Source: Spirochaetia bacterium (lineage in GTDB: Bacteria; Spirochaetota; Spirochaetia; SZUA-6; Bin103). From it: DNA of 64,000 bases. Position numbers and translations under genes: made by a program. Under the pieces are notes generated by a model, which was not told where the DNA came from, made no database searches, and worked only from the letters and a program-made list of their open reading frames with translations. This document shows positions 50,493 through 62,825 of this stretch, piece after piece. The stretch lies in contig CBDAOI010000002.1 in the NCBI GenBank assembly GCA_965198005.1, forward strand, positions 160,001 through 224,000, given 5' to 3'. Numbering within the stretch: the stretch's first letter is position 1; each line of letters begins with the position of its first letter.

Positions 50493-51835
50493 GTGTCGGC
50501 GCCCGCCAGCTCGATCCGGAAGCAACTGCCCCCGGCAATGGCCCGATAGGACAGCCGGCCGCCGTTGCGCTCGATCAATCGCCGCGCCAGATGCAGCCCC
50601 AGGCCGGTGCCGGCGCCGGTCGAGTAGCCCCAGTCGAACAGGTGTGCGGCCACCTCCGGTTCCATCCCTCCCGCCAGGTCGGTGACTTCGAGCACGCACC
50701 GTCCGCCGCCGGCGCTTCCCTGCACCGTAACCACGCCTCCGTGCGGGCGGCGCTCGGCGGTGATCTGCGCGGCGTTCTGGACCAGATTGAGCAGCGCCAG
50801 CATCAGTTCCCGTTTGCGCGTCACCGCCGCGAGCTCGGCCGGAATGCGCAGTTCCACGCGCACCCCCACGGCCCGCAGCGACGGCACCAACACCGCCAGC
50901 ACCGGCTCCAACTCGGCCAGGATCCGCACCTCGCCGGGGGTCTCCGGACCGCCGCGCAGCACCGTATCCAGCATCTCGTTGACCCCGCCGACGCCGATGC
51001 CGACATGATGCAGAATGAGCTGCAACGCGCGCCGCCGCTGGTCCGGCGAGTCGGCCTGCAGGCCGTACTCGGCAGTGGTCTTGATATGGCCGAGCAGATT
51101 CTTCACTTCGTGCGCGACGCCGGCGGCCAGGTAACCGACGGTCTCCAGCCGGTTTTGCAGGAGCAGGTTCTCCTCGGCCGCGTGTACCCGGCGCCGCAGC
51201 CGCGCCAGACGCCGCGCCGGAGGGCCCGCGCCGGCCGCCCCGGCGGCGCCCTGCAGATAGCCGAGCTGGGTCAGAAAGTAGCCCGACCCCAGCGCCAGCA
51301 GGCCGACGCCGACCGCCGCCAGTGCCGGTGCCGGCCGGCCGGCCAGTGGAACCACCTGGTCGGCTACCGCCCCCGTCACCGGCAGCAACCCGGCGAAGCA
51401 CAGGTAGCGATCGGGCGTCCCCTTGCGCAGATGGCGCCTTCCGCACAGCCGGCGCCGCGGATACACCACCTGCGCCAGCACCACCGCGAGCGGTATGCAC
51501 CAGCGATAGTCCCGCCACCAGCCGAGCAGTGCGCACACCAGCACCACGAGTGCCACTCCGGCCGCAGAGACGTGCCACGCTGCCGGTGGCCGCTCGCCGT
51601 CGCGGGCGGTAAGGTAGGCGCCCGCCACCCACAGCAGCAGCGACAACGCCAGCAGGCCGCCCGGTGCCGTGCGGGTGGTCAGCGCCAGACCGAGCAAACC
51701 GCCGAGAAACGCGATGAACCAAGCACCCTCCGCGCGCCGCGGCGCGTGCGGCAGGCGCCACGCGGCGACCGCCATCTGGGCCACCAGCAGCGCCGCGACC
51801 GCGGCCTGGGTTGCCATTGCCGCGGGCGCCAACAT
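50489..51835 (-). CDS. Membrane-bound sensor histidine kinase
   Basis: Multiple TM helices, AGVAHEVKNLL, NLVQNA, DLAGG, GTGLGL. Confidence 0.9.
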   Translation of the reverse strand: MLAPAAMATQAAVAALLVAQMAVAAWRLPHAPRRAEGAWFIAFLGGLLGLALTTRTAPGGLLALSLLLWVAGAYLTARDGERPPAAWHVSAAGVALVVLVCALLGWWRDYRWCIPLAVVLAQVVYPRRRLCGRRHLRKGTPDRYLCFAGLLPVTGAVADQVVPLAGRPAPALAAVGVGLLALGSGYFLTQLGYLQGAAGAAGAGPPARRLARLRRRVHAAEENLLLQNRLETVGYLAAGVAHEVKNLLGHIKTTAEYGLQADSPDQRRRALQLILHHVGIGVGGVNEMLDTVLRGGPETPGEVRILAELEPVLAVLVPSLRAVGVRVELRIPAELAAVTRKRELMLALLNLVQNAAQITAERRPHGGVVTVQGSAGGGRCVLEVTDLAGGMEPEVAAHLFDWGYSTGAGTGLGLHLARRLIERNGGRLSYRAIAGGSCFRIELAGADT

Positions 51836-51860
51836 CCGCGTACCGAAACGTCCTGCCGGA

Positions 51861-52982
51861 CTACTCGAGCTCGGTCAGGGGAACCCGCTGGGGCGCGTTG
51901 TTGTCCCCCACGACCTGGGAATACTCCTCCAGCAGCCGGCGCGCCCGCGCCGGCACCTTGTCCGGCACGTGGACCAGCACCTTGATGTAGAGGTTGCCCC
52001 GCCGGTGGCGCTCGCCGGGGTACGGTACCCCCTCGTTGCGCAACCGCAGCATCTTCCCGTTCTGGGTTCCGGGCGGCACCCGCACCTTTACGCGGTGCTG
52101 ATCGAGGGTCGGCACCACGACCTCCGCGCCCAGCGCCGCCTGCACCATGCCCACCCGGATCACACAGTAGAGATCGGTTCCGTGCCGCTCGAAGAACTCG
52201 TGCGGGCGCACGTGAACGTAGACGTAGAGATCGCCCGGCGGCCGGCCGCCGCCGCCGCCATCTCCCTGCCCGGGAATCCGTATGCGCTTGCCCGCCTCGA
52301 TCCCGGCCGGGATGGTGATCTTCAGCCGCCGGTTGCGCCGCTGGCGGCCGCTGCCGCGGCAGGCGTTGCACGGACGATCGACGATGTCGCCCTCGCCCCG
52401 GCACTGCGGGCAGCTCGAGGCGATCGAGAAGAACCCCGAGTTGCGCCGTACCTGCCCGGTGCCACCGCAGCTCGGACAGATCTGGCGCCGCGCGCCGCCC
52501 TCCATCCCGCTGCCGTTACATGCGTCGCAGCCCTCGTGGCGGGCGAACGAGACTTCGGTCTCGGTCCCGAACACGGCGTCCTCGAACGGCACCTCGAGGT
52601 CGTAGCGCAGGTCGTCGCCGCGCGCCGCTGCCCGTCCGCCCGGAGCGCGGCGCCGGCCACCGCCGAACAGCCCTTCGAACAGGCCGCCGAAGTCGCCGAA
52701 GATATCTTCGAAGTCGCGAAAGACGTGTGAGAAGTCCTGCGTGCCGGTGCGCATGCCGTCGACGCCGGCGAACCCGAACTGATCATAGGTCTGCCGCTTG
52801 GTCGAGTCGGATAGCACGTCGTACGCTTCGGTGGCTTCCTTGAAGTATTCCTCCGCGGTCTGGTCGCCGGGATTCTTGTCGGGGTGATAGCGAATCGCGA
52901 GCTTGCGGTACGCCTTCTTGATGTCGTCCAGGCTCGCGCTCTTGTCGACCCCGAGTACGTCGTAGTAATCCCGCTTTGCCAT
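51861..52982 (-). CDS. dnaJ: Chaperone DnaJ
   Basis: J-domain HPD, G/F region, four CxxCxGxG motifs. Confidence 0.98.
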   Translation of the reverse strand: MAKRDYYDVLGVDKSASLDDIKKAYRKLAIRYHPDKNPGDQTAEEYFKEATEAYDVLSDSTKRQTYDQFGFAGVDGMRTGTQDFSHVFRDFEDIFGDFGGLFEGLFGGGRRRAPGGRAAARGDDLRYDLEVPFEDAVFGTETEVSFARHEGCDACNGSGMEGGARRQICPSCGGTGQVRRNSGFFSIASSCPQCRGEGDIVDRPCNACRGSGRQRRNRRLKITIPAGIEAGKRIRIPGQGDGGGGGRPPGDLYVYVHVRPHEFFERHGTDLYCVIRVGMVQAALGAEVVVPTLDQHRVKVRVPPGTQNGKMLRLRNEGVPYPGERHRRGNLYIKVLVHVPDKVPARARRLLEEYSQVVGDNNAPQRVPLTELE

Positions 52983-52997
52983 GCCGCGGACGGTACG

Positions 52998-54995
<1,998 letters not shown>

Positions 54996-54996
54996 G

Positions 54997-55725
54997 TTAC
55001 TCTCCTTGGTCCGAGTCTCCGGGGTCCGCGGCGCCGGCGGGATCCGCCGTGCTGCGGGCGGCCGGCGTGGCTACGCGGACGCGCGCAGCGCGTACCACGC
55101 GGCCGTGCAGGGCATACCCCTTCTGATAGTCCTCCAGTACGGTCGCCTGGGTATGCCCGGCCGACTCCTCGGTGGCGAGCGCTTCGTGACGCTCGGGATC
55201 GAACGGCGCGCCGGCCGACTCGAACCTCACCAAGCCCCACTTGCGCTCCAGGGTCTGCAGGAATTGCTTTTCGATCAACTCGATGCCGCTGTGCAGCGTC
55301 GCGAAATCCTGCGCCTGGGCACCCGCCGTGATGGCACGGTCGAAGTCGTCGATTACGGCCGTGAGGTCGAGCAGCAGACTGGTGTTCGCGAACCGGATCG
55401 CATCTTCCTTGTCGCGGTTCACGCGCTTGCGGAAGTTCTCGAAGTCCGCCTGCTTGCGCAGCAGGTCGCCCTGCAACTCGGCCACCTGCGCCTTGAGTTG
55501 CTCGGTCTCGGCTGCGAGCTGATCGGCTCGGGCGGCGGGGTCCGACTCCGCGGCCGACCCGATGCCGTCTACCTCGACCCGCTCCGCCGTGACGCCGTGG
55601 ACGGGATCATCCGGGTCCGATTCGGAGGGCCGTTCGAGAAGCTCTCCCTGATCGGTATCCGCGCCCTGTTTGACGGCTGCGCGGCGGCGTCTCTCCTCTC
55701 CGGTTGCCTGTTTCGCCATAACCAT
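54997..55725 (-). CDS. grpE: Nucleotide exchange factor GrpE
   Basis: [27 protein letters not shown]. Confidence 0.97.
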   Translation of the reverse strand: MVMAKQATGEERRRRAAVKQGADTDQGELLERPSESDPDDPVHGVTAERVEVDGIGSAAESDPAARADQLAAETEQLKAQVAELQGDLLRKQADFENFRKRVNRDKEDAIRFANTSLLLDLTAVIDDFDRAITAGAQAQDFATLHSGIELIEKQFLQTLERKWGLVRFESAGAPFDPERHEALATEESAGHTQATVLEDYQKGYALHGRVVRAARVRVATPAARSTADPAGAADPGDSDQGE

Positions 55726-55805
55726 GGATCGCGCTGATCAAGGAAGGATCCTGACCGCCCTCACGGACCGGCAAATCCGGACGCGGGCGGGGGCTGCGCG
55801 GACGA

Positions 55806-55836
55806 AACTTAATAAGGGGGTTTTGCTGCGGTCAAG
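55806..55836 (-). promoter_or_regulatory. Putative promoter of grpE-dnaK-dnaJ
   Basis: Minus strand CTTGACCGCAGCAAAACCCCCTTATTAAGTT, an AT-rich patch in GC-rich DNA. Confidence 0.5.
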
Positions 55837-55862
55837 GCATTTCCCACGCCCTGAACGCGCCC

Positions 55863-56864
55863 TTACGCGCCCCCGCCGCGGTAGAACAGCATCACCGTCG
55901 AGGCCAGATAGACGGCGTATACGGCGATCAGGACGATCCCCTTCCACCGGGTCAGGCGGTAGCGCAGACGGCAGAGCAGCAGCATGCCGCCCACCACCAG
56001 CAGCATCCACGGGAACGAGAACAGGACGACCCGCTGCTCGACCCGGATCGGGTTGGCCAGCGCCGCCGTGCCGATGATCCAGAGGATATTGAGGATGTCG
56101 GCCCCCAGGATGTTGCCGAGCGCCAGGTCGCCGTGCCCGCGTCGGCCGGCTGTGATGTTGGTGGCGATTTCCGGCAGCGAGGTGCCGATGGCGATGATGG
56201 TCAGGCCGATGATCGCCTCCGACACCCCGCTGCGGCGCGCGATGAAGGTCGCCGACTCCACCAGCACCTCGCTGGAGATGATCACCACGGCTACGCCGCC
56301 GGCCAGACGCAGGAGCTGCGCCACCAGGCCGCCCGGCTTGACGTACTCCTCCAACTCCTTGTCCGCCAGCACCGCCCCGGAGCGGCGCCGGCGGCGCTCC
56401 GCGATCAGCACCGCGATCAGGTAGCCGACGTAGACCAGGACCAGGGCGAGTCCCTCCAGCCGGCTCACCATGCCGTTCGCGGCCAGGATGAACGAGAGGA
56501 CCGCGACCGCGAGCAGGAACAGCCCGGTCGTCCTGAGCACGCGCGAGTCGACCCGGACCGCCACCGGCGCCACGATCACTCCCAGGGCCAGCGCCACGGC
56601 GTCGTCGACGATCACCGACCCCACGGCATTGCCGAGCGCCAGCTCCGGCAGCCCGCGCAGCGCCGCCAGCAGCGAGACCGTGAGCTCGGGCGCGGTGGTG
56701 GCGAAGCCCACCAGCACGATCCCGATGAGGATCTTGGGCACGCGCAGCCGGAACGCAATGCCGACACTGCCGTCGACCAGAAACTTCGCGCCGTAGCTCA
56801 GCGCCGCGAACGCGAGCACGATGGCGATCAGGCTGGCGGGCAAGGTGTCAGGGACCAGATGCAT
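55863..56864 (-). CDS. Calcium/sodium antiporter (YrbG-like)
   Basis: ATTAPEL..S, GNAVGS, GTSLPE, GNILGA repeats. Confidence 0.92.
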   Translation of the reverse strand: MHLVPDTLPASLIAIVLAFAALSYGAKFLVDGSVGIAFRLRVPKILIGIVLVGFATTAPELTVSLLAALRGLPELALGNAVGSVIVDDAVALALGVIVAPVAVRVDSRVLRTTGLFLLAVAVLSFILAANGMVSRLEGLALVLVYVGYLIAVLIAERRRRRSGAVLADKELEEYVKPGGLVAQLLRLAGGVAVVIISSEVLVESATFIARRSGVSEAIIGLTIIAIGTSLPEIATNITAGRRGHGDLALGNILGADILNILWIIGTAALANPIRVEQRVVLFSFPWMLLVVGGMLLLCRLRYRLTRWKGIVLIAVYAVYLASTVMLFYRGGGA

Positions 56865-56904
56865 GCTGTCGACGTCGATGGCGCCGTCGGCCGCCTGCCG
56901 CGCG

Positions 56905-57996
56905 TCAGGAGGCGGTGCTGGCGCTCACCTCCAGGATCAGCTCCACTTCTCCGCGGCTGAGCCGGGTGGCGCGCGCAATCTCCGGCACCGACCACCCCTG
57001 CCGGGCCAGCTTGTCCACGCTCTCGCGCTTGCCCAGGGGCGGGCCGGCCGCCGCGGAACCGCCGTCCTCCTCGTTCCTGAGCAGCGTACCGAGCAGGCGC
57101 ACCTGCTCCTGCGCGCCGCGGTTGATCTGCTCCAGCCGCGACTCGGTGTCGGCCAGCCAGGTGCGCGCCCGTTGCAGCCGCTGCGCCCGCTGCTCCAGCT
57201 CGGTCATGGTCGTGTCCAGCCGGGCCAGGGCGGCCAGCGCCTGCTCGCTCCGGTCCGTCCCCCGAATCAAGGTCTGCACCCGCTCCTGCAACGTCGCGAC
57301 CGTGTCCTGCATCGCCTGAACCCGCGGCTGCAACCCTTCCAGGGTCTGCCCGAGACGGCGAGAATCGCCGGCAACCTGAGCAATCCGATCGCGTTCGGCG
57401 TGCAGCGTGCCGAGTTGCGCGGAAACCTGCTCCGCCACCGCGCCGACCCGCGCCAGCTCCTGGTCCAGCGCCCCGGTGGCGTGTTCCTGCGCCAGCAGGC
57501 GGCTGCCGTTCTCCTCGGCGGCCGCCACCGACCGAACCAACCCCGCGACCCGTTCATCGAGCGTGGTGGCCACGGCCTGCGCCCGGCCGTGCGCCGCCGC
57601 CAGCCGATCCGCGTCCGCGCGCAGGCGCGCCAGCTCCTGCTCGACGCCGGCGCTGGTCCGCCCGAGCTCCCCCAGCGTGGCGTCGTATTCGTGCAGGCGC
57701 TGATCCAGACGCTCCGCGCGGTCCGCGCCCCCGCTCAACTCCTGCTGGACCGCACGCACCCGCTTCAGCACCTCCTGACCGGCCTTGAGATTGACCTGCA
57801 CCTCGATGGAGAGATCCTTGACCGCCGCCATCTTCTGGTCGATCAGGCGCTCCATGCGCGCGGACACACGGTCGGCGTAACGTCTGACCTTGTCGATCGA
57901 GCGGCTGTTGAGATCGATTCGCCGGTACACGAGCAACACCGCCACCACGACCAGGAGCGTGACCAGGTGCGCGACCGGGTTGCCAATTGAGAACAT
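56905..57996 (-). CDS. SpiroCoCo-like coiled-coil protein
   Basis: N-terminal TM plus D.NSRSIDKVRRYAD; C-terminal LARQGWSV.EIARAT.LSRGEVELILE. Confidence 0.7.
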   Translation of the reverse strand: MFSIGNPVAHLVTLLVVVAVLLVYRRIDLNSRSIDKVRRYADRVSARMERLIDQKMAAVKDLSIEVQVNLKAGQEVLKRVRAVQQELSGGADRAERLDQRLHEYDATLGELGRTSAGVEQELARLRADADRLAAAHGRAQAVATTLDERVAGLVRSVAAAEENGSRLLAQEHATGALDQELARVGAVAEQVSAQLGTLHAERDRIAQVAGDSRRLGQTLEGLQPRVQAMQDTVATLQERVQTLIRGTDRSEQALAALARLDTTMTELEQRAQRLQRARTWLADTESRLEQINRGAQEQVRLLGTLLRNEEDGGSAAAGPPLGKRESVDKLARQGWSVPEIARATRLSRGEVELILEVSASTAS

Positions 57997-58084
57997 GGTC
58001 TTCCCCTCCCAGGGCGGCGCCGCCACGAGACCACCAGCGAAGCGAACTGCCGGATGCAATGGTAGCGGCCGCCGGCCGGGCTTG

Positions 58085-58798
58085 TCAAATTGGGAATACG
58101 CGGTAGTGGGCGAAACTGAAGGTGGCGACCCCCGCGGCCGCCGGCCGGCGGGTAAAGTGGGCGGTCAGCATTCCCACCCGATGGGCGCCGAGGACGTCGT
58201 AGTGGTAGCTGTTGCCCACGAACAACACCTCCGGCGGGGCGACGTTCAGCAGGCGCGCGACGCGCAGAAACGGTTCGGGGTTGGGCTTGAGCGCGCCCGC
58301 CTCGTCGGCGGTCACGATCCCGTCCCACCAGCCGGCAAGCCCGAGGCCGGCCAGCTTCTCGCGCGTAAAGGGTGAATCGGACACCGCGCCGAGCAGGAAT
58401 CCGCGCCCGCGAAGCCGGCGCAGGGTCTCGGCCACGTACGGATACGGCCGCAGCCGCCGGAACACCTGCGGCCAGCGCTGGTAGACGATACGCTCCACCA
58501 GGTCGGCCGCGCGCGCCCGGTCGGTACCGAGATAGAGTGCCACCAGCTCGGCCTGCCGCCGCCGCAACTCCGGGCCGGGGCGCTCGTTGCGCAGTGCCCG
58601 GCGCGCCAGACCGAAGGCGCGAAATACGCGTCCATTGCGGCAGATCAGCGGCAACGAACGAAGCATCGCGCGCCGAAACGGATACAGGGTGCCGTCCACG
58701 TCGAAGGCCACGGCCCGCACGGCTCGCTCGGGACCCGGCGACCGGCGCGCGGCGTGCGCCCGGACGGTTCCTGAGTCGGCACGGTCACTCCGTGACAC
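58085..58798 (-). CDS. HAD family hydrolase
   Basis: AFDVDGTLY, VSD, KPNP, FVGN...DV.GA. Confidence 0.9.
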   Translation of the reverse strand: MSRSDRADSGTVRAHAARRSPGPERAVRAVAFDVDGTLYPFRRAMLRSLPLICRNGRVFRAFGLARRALRNERPGPELRRRQAELVALYLGTDRARAADLVERIVYQRWPQVFRRLRPYPYVAETLRRLRGRGFLLGAVSDSPFTREKLAGLGLAGWWDGIVTADEAGALKPNPEPFLRVARLLNVAPPEVLFVGNSYHYDVLGAHRVGMLTAHFTRRPAAAGVATFSFAHYRVFPI

Positions 58799-58897
58799 GG
58801 AAGACCATGCAAACGGCGCACGGGGCAGTGCCCGGTGGCCGCCAAGTTGCGGACCGGTCGGCGCCCGGCCCGAGCCCGGTTCGGGTCAGGCGGCCGG

Positions 58898-59866
58898 TCA
58901 CGCGGCCGGCGGCGTCACCCGGAACGGGATCTTCCCGCGCGCCCCGCGCGTGCAGTTGGTGAAGCTGAGTTGCCGCGCCGCCTCCAGCACGGCGCCGTCC
59001 AGCGCGCTGATGCCGCTGCCCTTGATGATCTCCGACAGCATGACGCGGCCGTCCAGGTTGACGCGGAACCGGACCACGATGTGGTAGGTAGTGCCGTCAC
59101 CGGTGACGCTGTCGGGCAGCTTGGGCTCGGGCAGCGCCCGCAGGTCGCAGCCGAAGCCCTCTTCGTCCCACTGGACTCGAGACGAGCCGGTGCCGTTGCG
59201 GCCCACGGAGGCGCCGATGCCATTGCCGGAGCCGCCGCCGGGCGCGGACGAGGCCGCGGGCACGCCGTGCTCGGCCACGGTGTTGTCGAACTCGGCCAGG
59301 GCCGCCTGGGTCGAGGAGCTGTCGCGGTCGGTGGACGCCGAGCGCTGCGCCAGCGACTTGACCAGGGCCGGCGCCTCCTCCTGTGCGCGCGGGTCCACCG
59401 GCGCGGTCGGCGAGCCGACCATGGCCGGCGTTCGGCCGACGTCCGGCGTCGGCGCCAGCGGTTTGAGCGCGGCCGCGGCGGCCTTGCGCGCGGCCGCCGC
59501 CGCGTCGTTCCGCGACATCGTCTTCGGCGGCGGCGGGGTGACCACCCTCGGCGACGGCTGCGGCGTCCTGGCCGGCTTGGCGGCCGGCTGCGGCGCCGGG
59601 GCGGGCATGGGCGCCGCAGCCGGTTTGGCCGCGGGCGCGGCCGCGGGCGTCGACTTGGGCGCCTGGCGGACGGACTTCGGCGGCGCCGGCGGCTTCGGCT
59701 TGCGCTCCGGCTGCGGCGCGAGCTGCACCGTCAGCGGCTTGAACTCCCGTTCCGGCTCCTGCAGCGCGCGCCACTGCACCCAGGCCAACACCGCGGCGTG
59801 GAGGATGAGCGCCAACAACAGCGCGTACCCCAGCCGTCCCTTCAGGTGCCGCGTGAGCGCAGTCAT
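58898..59866 (-). CDS. tonB: Energy transducer TonB
   Basis: N-terminal TM with His, Pro/Ala-rich linker, V.F.V..DG.V...SG...LD..V C-domain. Confidence 0.85.
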   Translation of the reverse strand: MTALTRHLKGRLGYALLLALILHAAVLAWVQWRALQEPEREFKPLTVQLAPQPERKPKPPAPPKSVRQAPKSTPAAAPAAKPAAAPMPAPAPQPAAKPARTPQPSPRVVTPPPPKTMSRNDAAAAARKAAAAALKPLAPTPDVGRTPAMVGSPTAPVDPRAQEEAPALVKSLAQRSASTDRDSSSTQAALAEFDNTVAEHGVPAASSAPGGGSGNGIGASVGRNGTGSSRVQWDEEGFGCDLRALPEPKLPDSVTGDGTTYHIVVRFRVNLDGRVMLSEIIKGSGISALDGAVLEAARQLSFTNCTRGARGKIPFRVTPPAA

Positions 59867-59874
59867 CCTCCCCT

Positions 59875-60303
59875 CTAAGTGTCCCGCGTGCGGAGACTGG
59901 CGGCCTCTATCCCCAGGATGCGCAACACGTCGAGCACGTCGATCAGCAGGTCATACGGCACCGCCGAATCCCCCTCCACCACGATCGGGTGCGGGCCGTT
60001 GACGGGCAACCGGCCATCCGCGCTGGTCCGACTCGCGATGGTTTCGCGCAGCGCCCCCTCCAGTTCGCCCAGCCCGACCTCGCGTTCGTTCACGTAGATC
60101 TCGTCCCGGTCGCCGATCGTGAGCACCACCGGCGTCAGCATTACGGTCTCGGCCGTGGCCGAATGGGGCAGCTCCAGCTCGATGCCCGGCACCACCTTGA
60201 AGGTGGTCGAGACCATGAAGAAGATCACGAGCTGAAACACCACGTCGATCATCGGGACCAGGTTGGCACTGGTCTTGGGGGGGAGCTTGCGGCGCGCTCT
60301 CAC
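59875..60303 (-). CDS. exbD: Biopolymer transporter ExbD
   Basis: NLVPMIDVVFQLVIFFMV, GD..VPY. Confidence 0.92.
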   Translation of the reverse strand: MRARRKLPPKTSANLVPMIDVVFQLVIFFMVSTTFKVVPGIELELPHSATAETVMLTPVVLTIGDRDEIYVNEREVGLGELEGALRETIASRTSADGRLPVNGPHPIVVEGDSAVPYDLLIDVLDVLRILGIEAASLRTRDT

Positions 60304-61010
60304 GATGCCTCGGCGCGCGCCACTTCATGCGGCGACACCGCCTGCTCCGCCGCCACCAGCATGGCCACCAGCTCACTCACCCGGTGCTCGAGCCGGATCA
60401 TGCGGTGGTTCACCTTGTTGACCAGGAAGTTGTAGAAGATGATCGCCGGAATCGACACCACGATGCCGGCCGCGGTGGTGAGCAGCGCTTCCGAGATGCC
60501 GCGCGACAGCAGTGACGCGTCGGCGATCGCGAGGTCGCCCAACACGCCGAACGCCCGGATGTTGCCGGTGACGGTGCCCAGCAGACCGAGCAGCGGCGCG
60601 ATGTGCGCGATCGTGCCCAACGCCGACAGGAACCGCTCCTCCTTGGGAATCTCCATGTTGGCGGCGTCGAGGATCATCTCCCGCAGCTCGTTGGGCGAGC
60701 GGTGCCGATTGTCGATGCCCACCTGCATCAGCGTGGCCAGCGACGAGGGATGGTGCTCGCAGATCGAGAGCGCTTCCTCGTAGTGGCCCTTGCGCAGGGT
60801 GGTGGTGAGCCGCTGCAGCAGCTTCTGCTCGTCGGCGCGCCGGCTGCGAAAGTAGAGCAGCCGTTCGAACACGATCACGGCAGCGACCACCGACAGCGCG
60901 ATGATCATCATCATCACGACGCCGCCCTTCTCGATCAGGTACAACTGGACGAACTCCATCACAGCCCCCCCCATCATTCCAGTTACTTCGGTAACTTCAG
61001 CTTCTTCCAA
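60300..61010 (-). CDS. exbB: MotA/TolQ/ExbB proton channel
   Basis: LGTIAHIAPLLGLLGTVTG, GISEALLTTAAG. Confidence 0.9.
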   Translation of the reverse strand: MEEAEVTEVTGMMGGAVMEFVQLYLIEKGGVVMMMIIALSVVAAVIVFERLLYFRSRRADEQKLLQRLTTTLRKGHYEEALSICEHHPSSLATLMQVGIDNRHRSPNELREMILDAANMEIPKEERFLSALGTIAHIAPLLGLLGTVTGNIRAFGVLGDLAIADASLLSRGISEALLTTAAGIVVSIPAIIFYNFLVNKVNHRMIRLEHRVSELVAMLVAAEQAVSPHEVARAEAS

Positions 61011-61021
61011 TTTTCGGCTCC

Positions 61022-62825
61022 TTATAGCGAAACATGAACGGTAACCGCGGCCCCGAGTCCCGGCCGCAGGTACGGATGCCAGTCTCTGCGCGGCTGACTC
61101 ACGAACGGCTCCAGCACGTCGGTGAAGCTCAAGGTCACGGTGGTGGCGCCCTGCTGCCAGAACCCGGCGATGTCCACCTCGGGCCTCACCTGGATCCCGC
61201 CCGCTTCGTTCGTGATGTCCGGGATCGTCTCCAGCACGGCGTTCAGCCGCATGCCCAATACGTCATCCGGGGTGCGCGCCTCCAGGCCCAGCGCCGTCTG
61301 CCACTCCGGCGCGAAGTTGAGGCGCCGCTTTTCCGGCGCCACCTCGCGGCTGACGTCGAGCCGCACCCGCAGCGTTTCCCCCGCGCCCACTTCGACGCCC
61401 AGGCCGGGCCGGATGCTCATGCGCGGCATGGTTTCGTTGTCTTGGGTCATTGTCGGCGAGATGATAGAGCATGGTCTCGCCGTCCGGTTTCGGTTTCGGA
61501 TTGAGCGGCCGCTCGTAGGTGGCGAAGTTGGCGCTGGCCACCAGCGTCAGGTCGCCCGCGTCGAGCAGCTCGCCCAGGCCGAACTGGCCGCGCGCGCTGG
61601 CGAACCAGCCCACGTCGTCGTGCACCCGTTGCGGTGCGAGGTAGGGCGAACGCGCGGCCAGCGAGCTCAGGCCGTGCTCGCGCACCTCGCGGCCGGCGGC
61701 CAGGCGGTAGCTCAGCCAGGACACCGGGGTGCCGCTGACCACCGCCTGGAACGGCACGTCGTGGCGTACGGACTCGCCGGGAAAGCTGCCCAATGACCAC
61801 CCGAGCGCCAGCTCCAGACCGTTCAGACCGCCCAGGTCGACGTGGGCCGCGGCGCCGACGCCGAACCGGTGGCGCAACACGCTGGAACCAGCGTCGGGCG
61901 CCTGGTAGTTGCGCACCAGGTAGCGGGCGCTGAACTGCAGGTCCAGCCCGAGGTCGGGAACTACGTCCCAGTCCAGCAGCAGCCCCGGCGCGGCCCACAG
62001 CTCGGTGTGCACCTTGGCCTTCCGGTCGCTGGTGTTCTCGTTGCTGGTCAGGGTGGCGGCCTCGGCGCGCAGATCCACGCCGAGCGTGAGGCTGGCGTCG
62101 TCGGCCACCGGCGTGGTGTAGCTGATGGCGCCGGTGACCTGCTGCGACTCGATCGCGTTGAACGTGCTCTTTCCCTGCAGCCCCTGCTCGGCCGTGACCA
62201 CGCCCGCCTCGGTGTCCAGCTCGCCGCCGCCGACCGGCAGCCGCAACGATCCGGCCAGCTCGTGGCGCTGGGTCTTGGCGCCCTCGCCGGGTCCGATATG
62301 GGCCCGGACGCCGTCGCGCGAGCTATGGTCGAACACCAGCGAGAAGTCGGTGGCGGGGCCGGTGCCGAGCACCGACACCCCGCTGGCGAACAGGGCCAGC
62401 GGCAGGCCGGTGGTGGACGACGGCAACGTGCCGGCGCTCAGGTACGCCTCGGCCACCAGCGTATGGCCCGGATCGGATCCGAGCGGCGCCGGCTCGATCG
62501 CCGGTGCCGCCACCGCGGTCATCAGGTCGATGTCGTCCAGGGCGCCGGGATCGGGCAACGGCGGCCAGCGCTCCGGCTCCAGAATCCGGATGTCCAGCGA
62601 CAGACCCGCCTCGACCTCGCCGGCGGTCGGTCCCTCGAGTTCCAGCACCACGGTGTCGAGCAGGATCTCGGTCTCGGCGGGGTCGTCGTCGGGACGGCCG
62701 CCAACCCCCTGCTGCGACACCACCCAGGTGGAGGGAGCCACCACCAGCAGTATCCAGGCCAGATAGCCGGCGATGATCCGGCGCGCGCGGCGTGCCCGGT
62801 GCCCGGTCCGTCCCGTCGGCAGCAT
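61022..62825 (-). CDS. Probable outer-membrane beta-barrel protein, apparently frameshifted near 61450
   Basis: Signal-like N-terminus and alternating beta-strand pattern; coding-like sequence switches frame near 61440-61460. Confidence 0.55.

Noticed and set aside
43543-51985. Long ORF extensions and antisense ORFs (e.g. 45577..47814, 49608..51761, 43543..45390)
   Set aside because: High-GC shadow frames overlapping well-supported genes; starts were trimmed
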